This document shows, piece by piece, positions 30,300 through 44,258 of a DNA stretch of 64,000 nucleotides. A model generated the notes under the pieces. That model ran no database searches and was not told the DNA's origin. It saw only the letters and a list, made by a program, of their open reading frames with translations. The stretch lies in contig NC_087437.1 of the NCBI RefSeq assembly GCF_036321535.1, positions 51,152,001-51,216,000 of the forward strand. Reading direction: 5' to 3'. Position numbers and translations under genes: made by a program. Origin of the DNA: Camelus dromedarius. Its lineage: Eukaryota. How positions within the stretch are numbered: the first letter of the stretch is position 1; every line of letters starts with the position of its first letter.

Positions 30300-31535
30300 A
30301 AAAAAATTGGGAAAACTGGATAGCCACACTCAAAAGAAAGAACTTGGACTCTCACCTGACACCATATACAAAAATTAACTAAAAATGGATTAGAGGCCTA
30401 AAGGTTAAGACCAAGAACTAGAACACTCCTAGAAGAAAACAAGGGGAAACCCTCATAAAATTGGACTTGGCAATGATTTCTTGGATGTGACACCAAAAAC
30501 ACAGACAAAAAGGCAAAGACAAATGGGACATCAAACCTAAAACCTTTTGTGCAAAGGACACAATCAACAGAGTGAATGGCAACCTACAAAATAGGAGAAA
30601 ATATTTTCAAAGCATGTATCTGATAAAAAGGTTAATATCCAAAATATTTAAAGTCAAATAACCTTATTAAATGAGCAACAAAGTCAAATAACCTGATTAA
30701 AATGAGCAAAGAACTTGAATAGACATTTATCCAAAAATGATAATCAAATGGCCAACCAACATATGAAAAAATGCACAACATAACTTCACAGAGAAATGCA
30801 AATCAAAATCACATAATATGTCACCTCATACTCATTTGGGTAACACCCATTTTAAAAAACCCTTAAGCAGTAAATACCAAGTGTTGGCAAGAATGCAGAG
30901 AAATCAGAGTCCTTGTACACTGTCAGTAGGATTGTAAAATAGTGTAAACGCTACGGAAAACAGTATGGAGCGTCCTCAAAAAAATTAAAAATAAAACTAC
31001 CATATAGTTCAGCAATCCCACTTCTGGGGATATATCCAAAAGAACTGAAAGCAGAGTCACAAAGAGATTATTTGCATGCCCATATTCCTAGCAGAACTAT
31101 TCATAATGCCAAGAGGTGGAAACGACCTGAATGTCCATTGATGAATAAACAAAATGTAGTATATACACATAACAGAATAAATTATTCAGCCTTAAAAAAG
31201 GAAGAAAATCCTGTCACATGTTACAACATGGATGAATCTTGAAGACATTATGGTAAGTCAAACAAGCCAGTCAAAAAAGACAAGTACTGTATGATTCCAC
31301 TTATGAGGTATCTAAAATAGTCAGATTTATAGAAACAAAAAGTGGCATGATAGTCAACAGAGGTGCCAGGAGGAGAAAAGGGGAAATCGTATGATGGGTA
31401 TAGAGCTTCAGTTTTAAAAGACAAAAAGAGTTCTGGAGATGTTTCATAACAATGTGAATACACTTTACTGAACTGGACACTTAAAAATGATTAAGATGGT
31501 ACATTTTATGTTTCTTACCACAATCTTCAAAAAAG
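30300..31535 (+). mobile_element. Second LINE-1 3' fragment
   Basis: accatatacaaaaattaact...gaaatgcaaatcaaaa...cagcaatcccacttctgggga...3' UTR. Confidence 0.85.
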
Positions 31536-32290
31536 GTAAACAGACTACCATATGCCCCAACAATTAATACTCCTAGATACATTAGCAAGAGAAATGAAAA
31601 CGTATGTCCACACAGAAACATGTGCATAAAAGTCCAGAGTGGCATTATCATAATATTAAGCCAAAAAGTGGGGGAAAAAATCCATCAACAGATGAATGAA
31701 TAAACAAAATCTTACATAACTATATAATGAAATATTACTTAGCTGTAAAAAGAAATCCATATTGACACATTCCATGATAGGTGATCCTTTAAAACAATAC
31801 ACTAAGAGAAAGAAGCAGCCACAAAAGGCCTCATACTATGTGATTCCATTTTTGTGAAATGTCCACAACAGGCAAATACATAAAGAAAGAAAACAGATAA
31901 GTGGTTCTCTAGGCCTGAGAGGGTAGGGGAATGGGAATGGCTACAGGGTTTCTTTTGGGATAATGAAAACGTTCTGGGATTAGGCGATGATGACAGGTGC
32001 ACAACCTTGTGAATATAATAAAAAGCCACTGAATTGTATACAGTTGACCCTTGAACAGCATGGATCCACTTATACACAGAATTTTTTTGTAGTAAATACT
32101 ATGGTACTACACGAGCACAAGTTGGTTGAATTCACAAATGCAGAACTGTGGGTACAGAGTGCTAATCGTAAAGTTATAGGCAGATTTCAACTGTGTGTGG
32201 AAGGTCAGCATCCCTAACTGCTGTGTTGTTTAACGGTCAACTGTACTTTCAAATGATGAATTTTAGGATATATGAATTATACTTTTTTTT
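31536..32290 (+). mobile_element. Third LINE-1 3' UTR fragment, interrupted by a Tigger2-like element
   Basis: agaaatgaaaacgtatgtccacacagaaac...tccatcaacagatgaatgaataaac. Confidence 0.75.
32041..32243 (+). mobile_element. Tigger2-type non-autonomous DNA transposon
   Basis: TA|cagttgacccttgaac ... gtttaacggtcaactg|TA inverted termini with TA target duplication. Confidence 0.85.
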
Positions 32291-35200
32291 TTGTTTTTAA
32301 GGAAACAAACAAACAAAAAAGATACACTGATCTGGGGACACTGCTTGGGGTTCAGGGACCTCAATCTATTTTCCTCCTTAGCCAAGAAGGGGGGTACAAA
32401 CTATTTTTCTCTTTTCCTAAAAAGACTATCCCAATTGAAGTCCAGTAGCTAAGTACAGCATCGCCTATGTTTCTGCGGTGGGTCAGTTCACCCCTCCACA
32501 GCTCCTCTATCTGAAGGAAGCTAGACCTGGCCAGTCCAGACACTGACAAGCACATACATCCACAGCAGCCAAAGAACTGAGCTCAAGCGGTCCCTACCTC
32601 AGGTTCCCTGGGAACCAGGACTACACGCACATGGATCATTTTGTTGGCCTCACACAGTGGCTATAATTTCTCTTCCTGGGAATTATCCAAAAAACAAGTT
32701 AAGGACTGGTGTCACAGCTTCCTGGAATGAGCAGGAAATCCAGAAAGACTATCCATCTTCCATCCTCCTATGGAAGCAAGACTCAAGACAACCTAAATAT
32801 CCATTAATAGAAGACTTGTTACTTGTAGTATTCATTTGCATGGACTTCTACAATGCCATTAAAAAGAATGAGCCTGGGGTGCTAGTAATTTCCATTTCTT
32901 GATCTGAATGCTAGTTATATGGATGTGCTCAGTTTGTGAAAATTAGTTGTACATCTGACATACACATATCACACGTCAATAAAGTATTTTTAAGAAGCAT
33001 ACAACAGACTTACTTATACTGACAGGAAATATCCTTTAAAATATCAAATAAAAAAAAAAGGTGTAGAGGAATGTGTATAACATGCCACCATTTGTGTTTA
33101 AACCATAGATAAATAGATATAGATGTAAATGCCCATATATAAATAGATGCTTTGGAAGAATACACCGGCAACTAAAAAGGCAATGGTTATGGGGATGAGG
33201 ATAAAAGTCTACAGTTGAGAGAGATTTTTCACTGTATATATTCTTTAACACTATTTTAATCTGTTACCATGCACATTTATTCATTTTACAATGACAAAGA
33301 CTAATAACCCAAGTAGCCAAAAAGATCTCCACTTCTTCCCTGAGTGCCAGCCTCCTACCTTGGGAAATTTGCTGCAATCTGGGCTGTGAATCAGCACCCA
33401 GATACCTGGGATAAAGGAAGGTAGTGTGGTTTACCAGAAAGGTAAATTAGTGGTGGTTTGCTGTAGCAGAAAGTGAAAGGGTATTTTAAAAAGCATATTA
33501 TTTGAACCAAGGAGTTTGTTTCCCATATACTTCCTTTTTAGCTGTGTGATCTCAGACAAGTTATTTAACCCCTCTAAGCCTCAGTTACCCCATGTGAACA
33601 ATGAGGATACCACTAACAGTGCTCTTAAGATTAATAAAAGGATTAACAACAATATGTATGTTTGTAAAGTAACCAGCATAGTACTCGAAGCCTAGTTGGC
33701 ACTCAAGCATTAGTTTTGTTATCCTTTCCCCAGAAATAACTAAAACTAAAGAATTAAACAAACAAACAAACAAACAAAAAACCTAATCCTCGTAGAGATA
33801 GAAATGCAAAGAAAAAAGAACAGACTTTAGACGTTGGGGCAAAAGGGTCAAGGGCCTGGGGTATAGCAGTGCCTGAGCTTTGGAGCTGACAATAGATACA
33901 AACTAGGAGAGTAACTGGGACACCGTCTTCTTGATCTTCTTCCCATCTTCATCCTCCCTGTCCCTCTCCTCATCAGATACAATAATTTGGCAGGTTCTCC
34001 CCCCTCAGTTTTACCTGAATCCCAATATAGTAAAGTCAGCATTCTGCTGACCTAACAGGAAAACATGACGTGTGCCTCACAAGTATCTCTAAAAGCTACA
34101 AAGGTAGAGGAAACACTCTTCTGGGGGGTTAAAAGCCCTGCAGACCAAGGCAATAGAACAGGAGACTAGCTAAAACGTACAAGCAACAGGGTCAAGTCTT
34201 CCTTTGATGAAGGCTACCTGATGTTCCCCCTTCATCCCACAAATACCAACTGAACTTATAAAAACTTTTTCATAGCAATGTGAAGTTTGGGGAGATATTT
34301 CTGTGTAACAATGAAGATTAAGACCAAAAAACAAATCAAAAAACCCTAAACCAAGGAAAAAAAAAAAAGATTAAGGAATTAAGACCAGTTCTCTGGCAGA
34401 GCTTGAAAACGTGATTCCCAGGGACAGTTTGAAACAGAAGAATCAAGAACTAGGGACTTCAAAACTGTTATCAGCTCCAAGTAAGGGAAGTTTTTCACCT
34501 CACCACTGGATACTACCTTAATAAAATAAATTATAGGTACCCCTTATGATCTGAACTGTTCTTACCCAAACCTAGGCACCAAAGAAATATGGATAAATTT
34601 GAAACATCCCTTACTACCTCAAGTTCAGGAACCAAATACATTTGGATAAAACATTTTGCTGTCTGGACTTGCTATAACCAAAATCTTGCCATCCAAATTC
34701 AAGAACACATTAGATTCAGATAGCAAGGAATCCTTTTATGAAATGTTTGGTGTAAAACTGAGAAATCTTTAACCTACTAAAGCTTTCATGCTGCCACTGT
34801 CTAGGTGTGAATACCAGTGAGCAAAGAGGCACACCAGTGAGCTTTGAAACTTTCTAGGTCAGTGGCCTCCTAAGGAATTAACAAGGTGTGGGGGGGTTTG
34901 TGTTTTGTGTATGTGTGTGTTTGTATTTTGAAAGAAAATACTCATAGAACATCTACAACCCAAGGAAAGGGAAGTGGTACAGAATGAATCTGTGACCCTA
35001 TAAATCTATCCTCAAAGTCAGGAGCTGAGCCAACCTCACTTAGTGTCAGCCTAAGGGAAGCAATAGGGAGAGCTCAACCAGGTCCGCTGAACAAACTGGC
35101 ATCTCTGAAAAGAGACAAGACATAACTAAAGCACAAGTTCATTAGCCACAGAAATCCAAGCATCATTAACAAGTATTGTGAAGCTAGAGTCACTGCTACC

Positions 35201-36424
35201 AGAATAATTATTTTCTAAAAGAGGAATCTGAGATGACACTGAACAGATCAAAGAGCATCTCCTCAGCCTCTATAGGTCACTTAGATAACCTGACAATAAG
35301 TATTTAGGATCTTTAGCGTGACCACTCACACTTACGTGGTTCAAAGTATTCTACACTCAAGCTGCTAATTAGATCACAACGTCATTTAAGAAAAAGAATT
35401 CTGATTTTTATTTATCTCCAAATTACCAACTTCTCTGAATAAACTACTTACTGGCATGAAAAGGTTTTAAATTCTGATCCCAGGTTTCCTCAAATGTTAA
35501 ATGACAAAACCTTTCCCATCTTCAAAGAACACTAGGTATCAACTAATTGTGAGATACTTTGAAAATACCAAAGGAAATCAAAACTTTGCTACCCTAAGGA
35601 AATGCTGTTAATTTTCAAAACAAGCAAAGAAACAAACAAACAAACCCATTAATTCCAATGAAAATGTATGTGTTGTTACAGAGCTATCTTTGAAATTACG
35701 TTTTTATTTTAAAAAAGACCCCCAAAAATGAAATTATCCTAATTATCAAGACCTCACTGACTAATCAATTCTACAGTATGACAATATACTTTGAAAAAAA
35801 TATCATCTTTTGATTCAACATCCCATTAACATTCATTTACCCACTAGATTTTAACTGAATACTTTTATATGTGCCAGATATGTCCCAGGAGCTATAACAA
35901 AATGAAAAATCTCATCACTGTCCTCAAAGATGCTTTATGTACAAATACATAAGGCAAGTTGTGTTATAATGATTAAACAGTAGAATGAGTTCAGAAAAAA
36001 GAAAGCACTTCCTGCAGGAAGCAATGTCTAAGCCATACGCTTGAAGACTGGATTAGGTTCCACCAAGGGGTCAGAAAATTAAACCTTCCAGACATAGGAA
36101 ATAGTCTGAATAAAGAAAGATAAGCACCTTTTCTCCACTTAAATAGATACGGAAAATTAAGAACACCATTAAGTCTAAACATATTTGAGAAAAAGCATTA
36201 TTCTGCTATTTCTCTGGGAAGATATTTTTCCCCATCTGCACAACTGTTAAAGAACTATACAAATGCATTTCCCCAAATTTCTCAAATAACTAAATCCATA
36301 CAATATTGTACAAGCGATACCTTGAAGAGCCAGATCTGTCTTCCATAAAAATTAACAAAAAATAAAAATAAAATTATCATGGTGATATACATGTTATGCT
36401 TACATTTAAAGAGAATTCTATAAA

Positions 36425-36650
36425 CAGCATGGTGTACAAAAGAGAAAATTGGCTTTAGGATGAGACAGATCTGGGTTCTCAAAGTCAGCTCTCTTACTAG
36501 CAGTGTGAGCCTCAAAAAGTTCCTTCTCTGAAAGTCGGTTTCCTTATCTGCAAAAAGGGAGATATCTACCCTATACACAACCCTGTGACATAGGAAGAGA
36601 ATACGTATAAAGCATGCTGCATAAAGAAGGTACTTAATCAATGCCTCCTT
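36425..36650 (+). mobile_element. MIR SINE
   Basis: gacagatctgggttc...agtgtgagcctc...gtttccttatctgcaaaaaggg. Further MIR cores at about 1320, 8350, 9750, 19800, 33540, 37180, 53700 and 60280. Confidence 0.7.
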
Positions 36651-36926
36651 TAGTTACTTTAATGGGAAAATAGTACTCACTCATAACCTATTTCACAAGC
36701 TAGCATTTTACAGCATCTAGATCAAAATTAGAAAACAGCTGACTCAGAGCCTCATGTACACCTTTATGCCACGCTGCTTTCAAACTAACGCATTAGCCTG
36801 AAGGTACAGAAACTTCTTCTAAACCACTGATGAGCATGGTACAAAAGCCATTGACTGTGACATACTGTACCTTTTGGTTTGATTTCTCTTCCCTTGAATG
36901 GCTAAAACGTGTAAGCTAACACAAAC

Positions 36927-36975
36927 CTGTCACAGTCCGCTGGCCATCACTTAGGTTATTCCACCACTTGTTAAT
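36927..36975 (-). CDS. PARL: PARL exon 4
   Basis: INKWWNNLSDGQRTVT(G); 49 nt; acceptor ttttag, donor AG|GTTTGT. Confidence 0.97.
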
Positions 36976-37812
36976 CTAAAACAGAAAGAAAACTGCACAT
37001 GAGTATACTTTCAGGCTAGGTAAATGAGAAACCACAAAGAAAAGCTTTGTGCATAAATGAGTCTTCATTTTTAAAAATCTACTGAACAACAGACGCAACA
37101 AATAGGTGGTAAAATGGAAAGCGCACGTGTTTTACAGCCAGACAGCCCGCATTCTCTACCCAGAGCCACTGATCAGCTCTGTGACCTCAGACCAATTACT
37201 TCTAAACTTCAGTTTCCTGTTATGTAAAATGGAGATAGTAACAGATACCTAGCAGTACCACTGTGGAATATCAATAAAGTAATGTTCCTAGCACACTATC
37301 AGATATAGATAGGTATCAAGGAAGTGATTCTTTACCAAGGCCCAATCTAGTTTTAAAATTCCAACCGAGAATATTCTCCACTAAAATTGCTTTTTTTTTT
37401 TTTTGAAGGTGTAGTAACAGTACTGAGGTTTACAAAAAGAGAAAAGTTCAATATTTCAGGGACACACACTGAAATTTTTATAGATGAAATATGCCTAGAA
37501 TTTGCTTTATAGTGATCAGTGGTGGGGAGGGAAAGGAAAGTAAGGGGACTAGATGAAATAAAGTTGGCTATGTATCGATAATCGTTGATTTTGGACTACA
37601 GGGGTTCACTATACTATTCTCTTTACTCTTTTTACTTTACTTTAGAAATTTTCTATGACTAAAGTTCTTTTAATTAAAAAAGCTATGTTTTAACTATGAA
37701 ACTGAACCAGACTTTGTATACTAATATAGAAAGAAATCTAAGATTTAAAAAAAAGTTACAGATCCATATGTATATTGATCCATATACAATAAATGATTTC
37801 ATTCTTGTAATT

Positions 37813-38015
37813 CAGTTGACCCTTGAACAGGGGTTTGAACTGTACCAGTCCACTTATACACAGATATTTTTCCAATAAATAGGTACCACAGTATACTGCA
37901 CCATCTGCAGTTGGTGGAATCCACAGATGTGGAGGGACAGCTGTAAAGTTATATACATGTTTGCCACTGCATGGAGGGTCAGTGCCCAAACCCCTGCGTT
38001 GTTCAAGGATCAGTG
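37813..38015 (+). mobile_element. Tigger2-type non-autonomous DNA transposon
   Basis: cagttgacccttgaac ... gttcaaggatcagtg|ta; internally similar to 32041-32243. Confidence 0.82.
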
Positions 38016-38742
38016 TATGAACTCTCAGACCTTACTCACTTCACGTGTAGTAGTGTGGCAAGGGTTCCCAGAACTTTCACTTCCCATGTTATATTTGTGT
38101 TATTTCAGTTTTCTTTAAATTAACATGGATTTTATATTTTATAACCTATCATTTAACTGTTTTAAACAAATCCATTATTGGATGAAGGTTATGTATACTG
38201 CTTGTGTCATTTTCACCATTCCAAGGAACAATTTGGGTATCACAGTGCAGGTATGCTGGAAACCTGCAGCTTTCTAAGGGATTCAGGCTTATGGAATAAG
38301 TCAGTATTACTATCTTCTCAAACAGATTGTACTGGATAAAAATTACCGCTAATTATTGCAGTTTTTACCTGCAAATATCGCAGCCATTGTTCTTCTGACA
38401 TAAAGCCTCTCTAGAACAGGTAGAGCTCATTTTCTTGTGTCTATGGGGAAACAAGGAGGAATGAATCCTTCTCCCTACTTAGAGGAACCTTCAACCAACA
38501 TTAGGAAAAAGAAAACCCAAAGCTGCCCTCTCAAGCTCTCACTGGCCAGGATTAAGTTCCTAGGAAGGAGAAAAATAAAGAGGATATCAACTCTCCAAAT
38601 TGGAGAGACAGTGTGTCATAAAGAAAAAAAACATGGAGGTGCTTGAAAAACAAATGGACCTGGATCCCAAATTAGCCTATGGCCTCAGTGCTAAGTATTG
38701 CCAAATGAAATAAAATATGTTTTATCTAAAAGGCAATATTGT

Positions 38743-38955
38743 TTGCAGATACTAACTACTATATTTAAAATAGATATACAAATTTCTTATGTATAGTGTA
38801 GGGAAATATATTCAATATCTTGTAGTAACCTATAGTGAAAAAGAATATGAAAACAAATATATGTATGTATGTGTATGAGTGACACATTATGCTGTACACC
38901 AGAAATTGACAGGACACTGTAAACTAACTACATTTAAATAATAATAAATTAAAAT
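38743..38955 (+). mobile_element. 5'-truncated younger LINE-1 3' end (cetartiodactyl type)
   Basis: gggaaatatattcaatatcttgtagtaacc...gctgtacaccagaaattgac; TSD aaaaggcaatattgt / aaaaggcagtattgt. Confidence 0.8.
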
Positions 38956-39005
38956 AAAAGGCAGTATTGTAAGAAAATCAGAAGGCCATATGAAGTAATA
39001 AAAAG

Positions 39006-39138
39006 TGCGAAGGGTACACTCAAGTGATAGAGGTCCTGGGTTCAATCCCTAGTACCTTCTCTAAAAATAGATAAACCTAATTACCTCCCCCTGCCCTGCC
39101 AAAATAAAAATAAATACAATAATAAATATTTTTCTAAA
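39006..39138 (+). mobile_element. Vic-1-like SINE, long form with internal deletion
   Basis: Lacks the anticodon arm; B box and aaacctaattacctcccc present; TSD aagtaataaaaag / aagtaatgaaaag. Confidence 0.8.
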
Positions 39139-39660
39139 AAGTAATGAAAAGCTTTATATTTGTACTCTTTCTTGCATCTGCATCCCCTGAGCACAGTTAA
39201 AACACTCAACAGAGAGTATTTACCAAAGGTATGTAAACATGTCACTGAGAAGCTTTATACAATCCACACAGTATCTCTACCCCTTGGGCTTAAGTATCTT
39301 GAAACACTCCCTGTGATTCTAATATGTACTCTAAACTAATCCATCCAGATGATGCAAGTAAAATACTGGCCCTAACTAGGGCTGGAAGAGGTTCTAACAC
39401 ATTAATTTTGACAACTATCTGTAGTGATTCTTGACACATGTGGGTAAAAGGACAAACTTCTTTGAACACTGTAGAGAACAGCACTGCCAGACAATATAAA
39501 AATTTAATACACTGCAATGAAATAATTCTAAAGAAGTATACTAAGTGCAATGACTTCACATCTTCTGGTAATGATGCCATTAACTGAAAACACTTCATAA
39601 ATAACCAGACTTCAAAAACTAATCAACTAGAGCAAAAAAAAAAGCCATGTTTATCTTTAC

Positions 39661-39801
39661 CTCCTTTCTGAAGTCTCCTTCCTTTTGTGGTCTTATGCTA
39701 TCCAACCAATCAGCTTTTATACCATCAAAATAACTCTGGACCCTGGATTTCAGTGATTCATACTGCCAAATAGCAGCTGATCCAAATGCACATCCTGTAA
39801 A
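39661..39801 (-). CDS. PARL: PARL exon 3
   Basis: FTGCAFGSAAIWQYESLKSRVQSYFDGIKADWLDSIRPQKEGDFRKE; 141 nt; AG/GT boundaries. Confidence 0.98.
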
Positions 39802-40270
39802 CTACATAAAACAAACATATTACAAAATAAATTTAAAAGAGAAATAGATCTATACATAGTTCCAAGGACAATATTTCATTTTCACTGCTTTTTACAAACC
39901 AACAGAAGGAACATCTAGCACAGTGAAACCTATTAAATGAAAAGAACATTTAATTGTTTCCCATTTTATTAACTTCACAGTACCCTGGGGCCTGTTAACA
40001 GAACTTCTCCAATAAAATTCAGAATACCAACTTAGTATCACTTGCAATGTTATACCAAATAAGAGGCCCATGAGTTTTTTCTCCAGGGCTTACATAACTG
40101 AACCATCTCTAATAGCAATTATAAATTCATGTTATCTTACAATCATGACCCCAGATCATTTTGATTCTCCTTCCACTGACTTGACTTTAAGGGAACCCAA
40201 ATAGAATAAACAATATGTTAACACTGCACCTGCAGCAAGGTAGGTAACTTCTAGTGATGTGAGCTCTTAC

Positions 40271-40466
40271 CCCAACAGTAAAAAACAAAGGCTTTATAAG
40301 AGTCCTTATAGGATAGGGAGAAGGATAAAAGACTGTTTCTTCTACAGGAGGAATCAAAGCACTTCTCTTGTACGATTCACTACTTGTTCCTGTATCTGAT
40401 CTTCGAGGTTCAACTTTCCTGGGTGCTTTTCTGAATCCACATTTTTGCTGAATAAAAAAGTTAAAC
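40271..40466 (-). CDS. PARL: PARL exon 2 (P-beta peptide region)
   Basis: tag|G TTT AAC...; FNFFIQQKCGFRKAPRKVEPRRSDTGTSSESYKRSALIPPVEETVFYPSPYPIRTLIKPLFFTVG; 196 nt; donor GG|GTAAGA. Confidence 0.98.
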
Positions 40467-43400
40467 CTACAGGGGAAAATAAGAGATTAGAACAGAGCTG
40501 CATCTTGCAAACACCAACCTCTATGAGACTCCCCACTTGAGCTACATCATCACCATTTCAGTTAGTCTCATGCTGTAGCCCTGAAGAAGCCAAAACTCCT
40601 ACTCTCAGATAGGACTCAGTCAAAACAAAGAAGAGTGCCCTTCTGGAAAAGGAGACACACAAACCACAGCAACTTTAGAGGGAACTTGTTTGGGTCGTGA
40701 CTATGTATCAATCAACAAAATAATTTGCAGCCATCCTCAACACAGTTTGCAATCCTGTAAAACGCTGAAGAACCACAAAATGTGGTTTGAATTAGCACAG
40801 AATGGCTTTGTTATCTTGTTTGAAGTTTGGTCAAATTTCAGAACAAACATTTAAATCAAATAATGATTTCCTTTTATAAGTTCTGACCATTGCAAATTGG
40901 TGGATTTTCCCCCATCTTGCCCCTTATTTCCAGTTTGGGGGACACCCACCAAATGTTCTATAAAGGGTCCTTATAGCTTGACCTCCTCGAAACATCTGAC
41001 ACTACCAATCACACCTGTCAGCGCCTGTACAGTAAGACTGTACTCTCTGCTTTTCAAACTCACTTTCCTGATGGCTTCCCTGTCTCTCCTGTCCTGATAT
41101 CCTGATAGATAAGCTTAAAGACTCCAGTAGTTCCCATTCTCCATTCAAAATGAACCCATATAAATTTGTAAAGCATTTTTTTTCTTTTGCAAAATAGTAA
41201 CTTCCCCCAGGTGACCAAGTAGAGGGCCCTGCCTGTTTGTTCTCACTGTACTCTATACTATCCTTCTAGACTCATAAAGTTCCTTGAAAGCAGAAATCAG
41301 ACAGGTGTTCTCATCTTTGTAATCCAGCCCCTGAAACACTGTTTAAATAAAAGAAAAAATTCATTTCTGTGGCCTGAATGACTTCTAAGCAAGTAAATGA
41401 TTCAAATATACGTCTTTAGTCCCAGCCTTAATTTTCTTCTGTTTTCAACTATACATTGAATACTTCCTCTTGGATATGCCCCCATTACTTTAAAACCAAT
41501 ATATTCAAAAGGGAACTCATCCTCCTCTACAAACAGCTCCATTTTCTGACTTCCTTATTCTTTCTGTGGGACCACAGTTCTCTTAATCACTAAGGTTAAA
41601 AATCTAGATGTCATCATGGAGTTCTCTCTCTCCTTAATTCTTACCATCTATAACAACCAACTCTGTCAAATATTTTTTTCATTCCTAGTCTAACCCCTTA
41701 CCTTATGCCTAGATTACACCAACAATGGACTTAACTTCAAACATTTTGTTTTAACATGTTGCATGTTCTTTTTTCCCCATATCACTTTTCTGCAAACATT
41801 CAATACTTCCTCAAATGCCCTCTTAGAGGGCCAACAGTCTCTCCTTAATTCCAATACAATTCCTTAGCTCATCCCTTCTGGCCAGGAATACTCCACCACT
41901 GCCTGACAGATCTCATCATCCTTTCTAGCCCAGTCCCACCACTTTAAGCGACAGCTGCACAGGTGTACATATTTGTCAGAATTAATGGGCTGTACACTTA
42001 ATACTTAGACATTTTACTATATGTAACTTATATTACAATAAAGTATCTTTAGCATTGGTATAACACCCAGGTGATATCTAGAAGGCATTTGAAAACAATC
42101 GAAATTCAGAAAAATGGTATAGCTATTAATACTGCTATTACTTGCCTAGAATGCTCTTTCAGTCAACACTCTGAGTCCATGTCAGGGTTCAACTTCTCAG
42201 ACATCACACGGGGAGGACGGATGATGGTGATAAAGTAATTTTCCTTGAAATTTTGAATAATCCACAATTTATACCTCCAAATAAATGCTACCCTTTTCAA
42301 TGAAATCTATTTTGGAAAGCAAAGCACTTATTCAAACTAAATAGCTCTGAACTCCCTTCAGAGCTTGTTACCAGTCTTTTGAATATCTGTTAGCAAATAC
42401 TGTTGAAGAGCTAATCCCAAATCTATTTCTGTTGCCTGCTTTTCCTGCAGAGGCTAGGAAAGATAAACATCTTAACTTTTCTGGCCCCTCCTATGGCTCA
42501 GGGAAGCCACAGCACAGAGTTCTGACAAAATGAGACTTGAAAAAATTTTAGAAGCCTCTTGGAAAGTTTTTGCTTATCTGATAAAAGTGGAGGTATCACT
42601 AATTCCACACCCTTCCCACCTTCTTTTTGCCTTAAAAAAGGAAGTAATGCCGAGAGCTGGGGCAGTCATCTTGAATGCCAAGAGAAAGGCCAAGGTACTC
42701 AGATACTAACCTTGACATTTTTTGAACCACTAAGCAAAGACAGTAGCTACCTACTTCCAAGTATCTTATGCTCGATAAATACACCCTCTCATTTATTTAA
42801 CCAACAATAAATTAATTTACAGCCAAAGGCATTCCTAACTGATAACACTTTTAAAGTGGCAGATGTTAATCCTTTGCAATTAGATTTGGTTTTTATCAAA
42901 CATTCTGAATTTACAGCTAGGTCTAGTAAATAAAATAACAATTAATACCATTTGGAGCCCAAAACCAAAGATGCAACAATGTAATGGGAATATGTTTCCT
43001 TTAAATGTTTCCTTGTAAAGAGTTACAAGTTTTAACCCAGTGTTGGTTTCTGGCATTTTTTTTTCTTTTTAGACCAAGAAATATGAAGGAAGTGATTCCT
43101 TTATATTTCCAACAGCTTAACACTACAGGATATGTACTCAATAGATTCTAATGAAAGACTGTTTCTTCTATAGCTCATCAACTCATTTAAAATTCCGAAG
43201 CTCAATGCTTGAAAAAGGAATACAAATAAACCAGGCTGGGAATATATATTTGAAGCAGAATAATACTTACACTGAGAATCTCAACAGAAGTGTAGGGCTG
43301 AGGACACCAAGAACATGTTATACACATTGGCCCCAGAGTTAAGTTCAGATGCAGAATATATATGTTAAGAGTATACATATATATTAGGAATTGCAGTCGG

Positions 43401-43709
43401 ACATACAGAACTTGTTGGATAGAATTCAGTACTGTGTCTTGGCTCACTGAACATCTATTCCGATTACCTGGGGTACATTCACATGCTGCAGGGACTAGAA
43501 AGCTAAAAACTATTTCCCGGGTATCCTTTTGGTTCTAGATGTGATCAGGGCTTGTTAATCAGACATATCAGCACAATACCTGAAGTCAGAACTGAGCTTA
43601 GTGAGAAGGTGGGACACGAGGCATCAATTTTGCTAGTGAAAATAACGGTGGAGGCAGCACAGCACTCACTTGGGTCAGTAGATCCTGATGTGGCAGCAGC
43701 TTCCCCAGT

Positions 43710-44190
43710 TGTCTCACATACTACTATGTAACAAATGCCCCCAAACTTAGTTGCCCTAAAACCATAATTTATTATTTCTCATGATTCTGTAAGTTAGCTG
43801 CCCTCAGCTGGGCAGGTCTTACCTCGGGTCACTCATGCAGCCAGTCATTTGGCTGCTCAACTGGAAGTGGAGAGTCTATGATGGCCTTACAACAATATCC
43901 AGAGCCTCAGTACTGGTTGCCAGCTGGCCCTCTCGCCAGATAGCTTCTCAGTAATATCTAGTCTAGCAGGGGCTTCTACAGTGGCCATGGGAGTGTTCCA
44001 AGAGAAAAAAGGCTAAGGCTGCAAGGCCTCTTGACACCCAGACTCTGAAACCGTACACACTACTTCTGCACATGCTACTGGTCAAACCAAGTCACAAGGC
44101 CAACTCCATTTCAAGGAATAGGGAAACAGATTCCAGCTCTGGATGAGAGGAGCTGCAAATTGTGGCCATGTTTTTTTTTATCTACCACAT
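43710..44190 (-). mobile_element. MaLR LTR (MLT1-like)
   Basis: tatgtaacaaatgcccccaaacttagt...tctcatgattctg...aagtcacaaggccaac...tctaccaca. Confidence 0.7.
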
Positions 44191-44258
44191 TAGCTGTGGC
44201 AAAGGGAGTTATGACTCCAAAAGCTTAGTCTGGAACAGCAATTCTCAATGCTGGCTCC

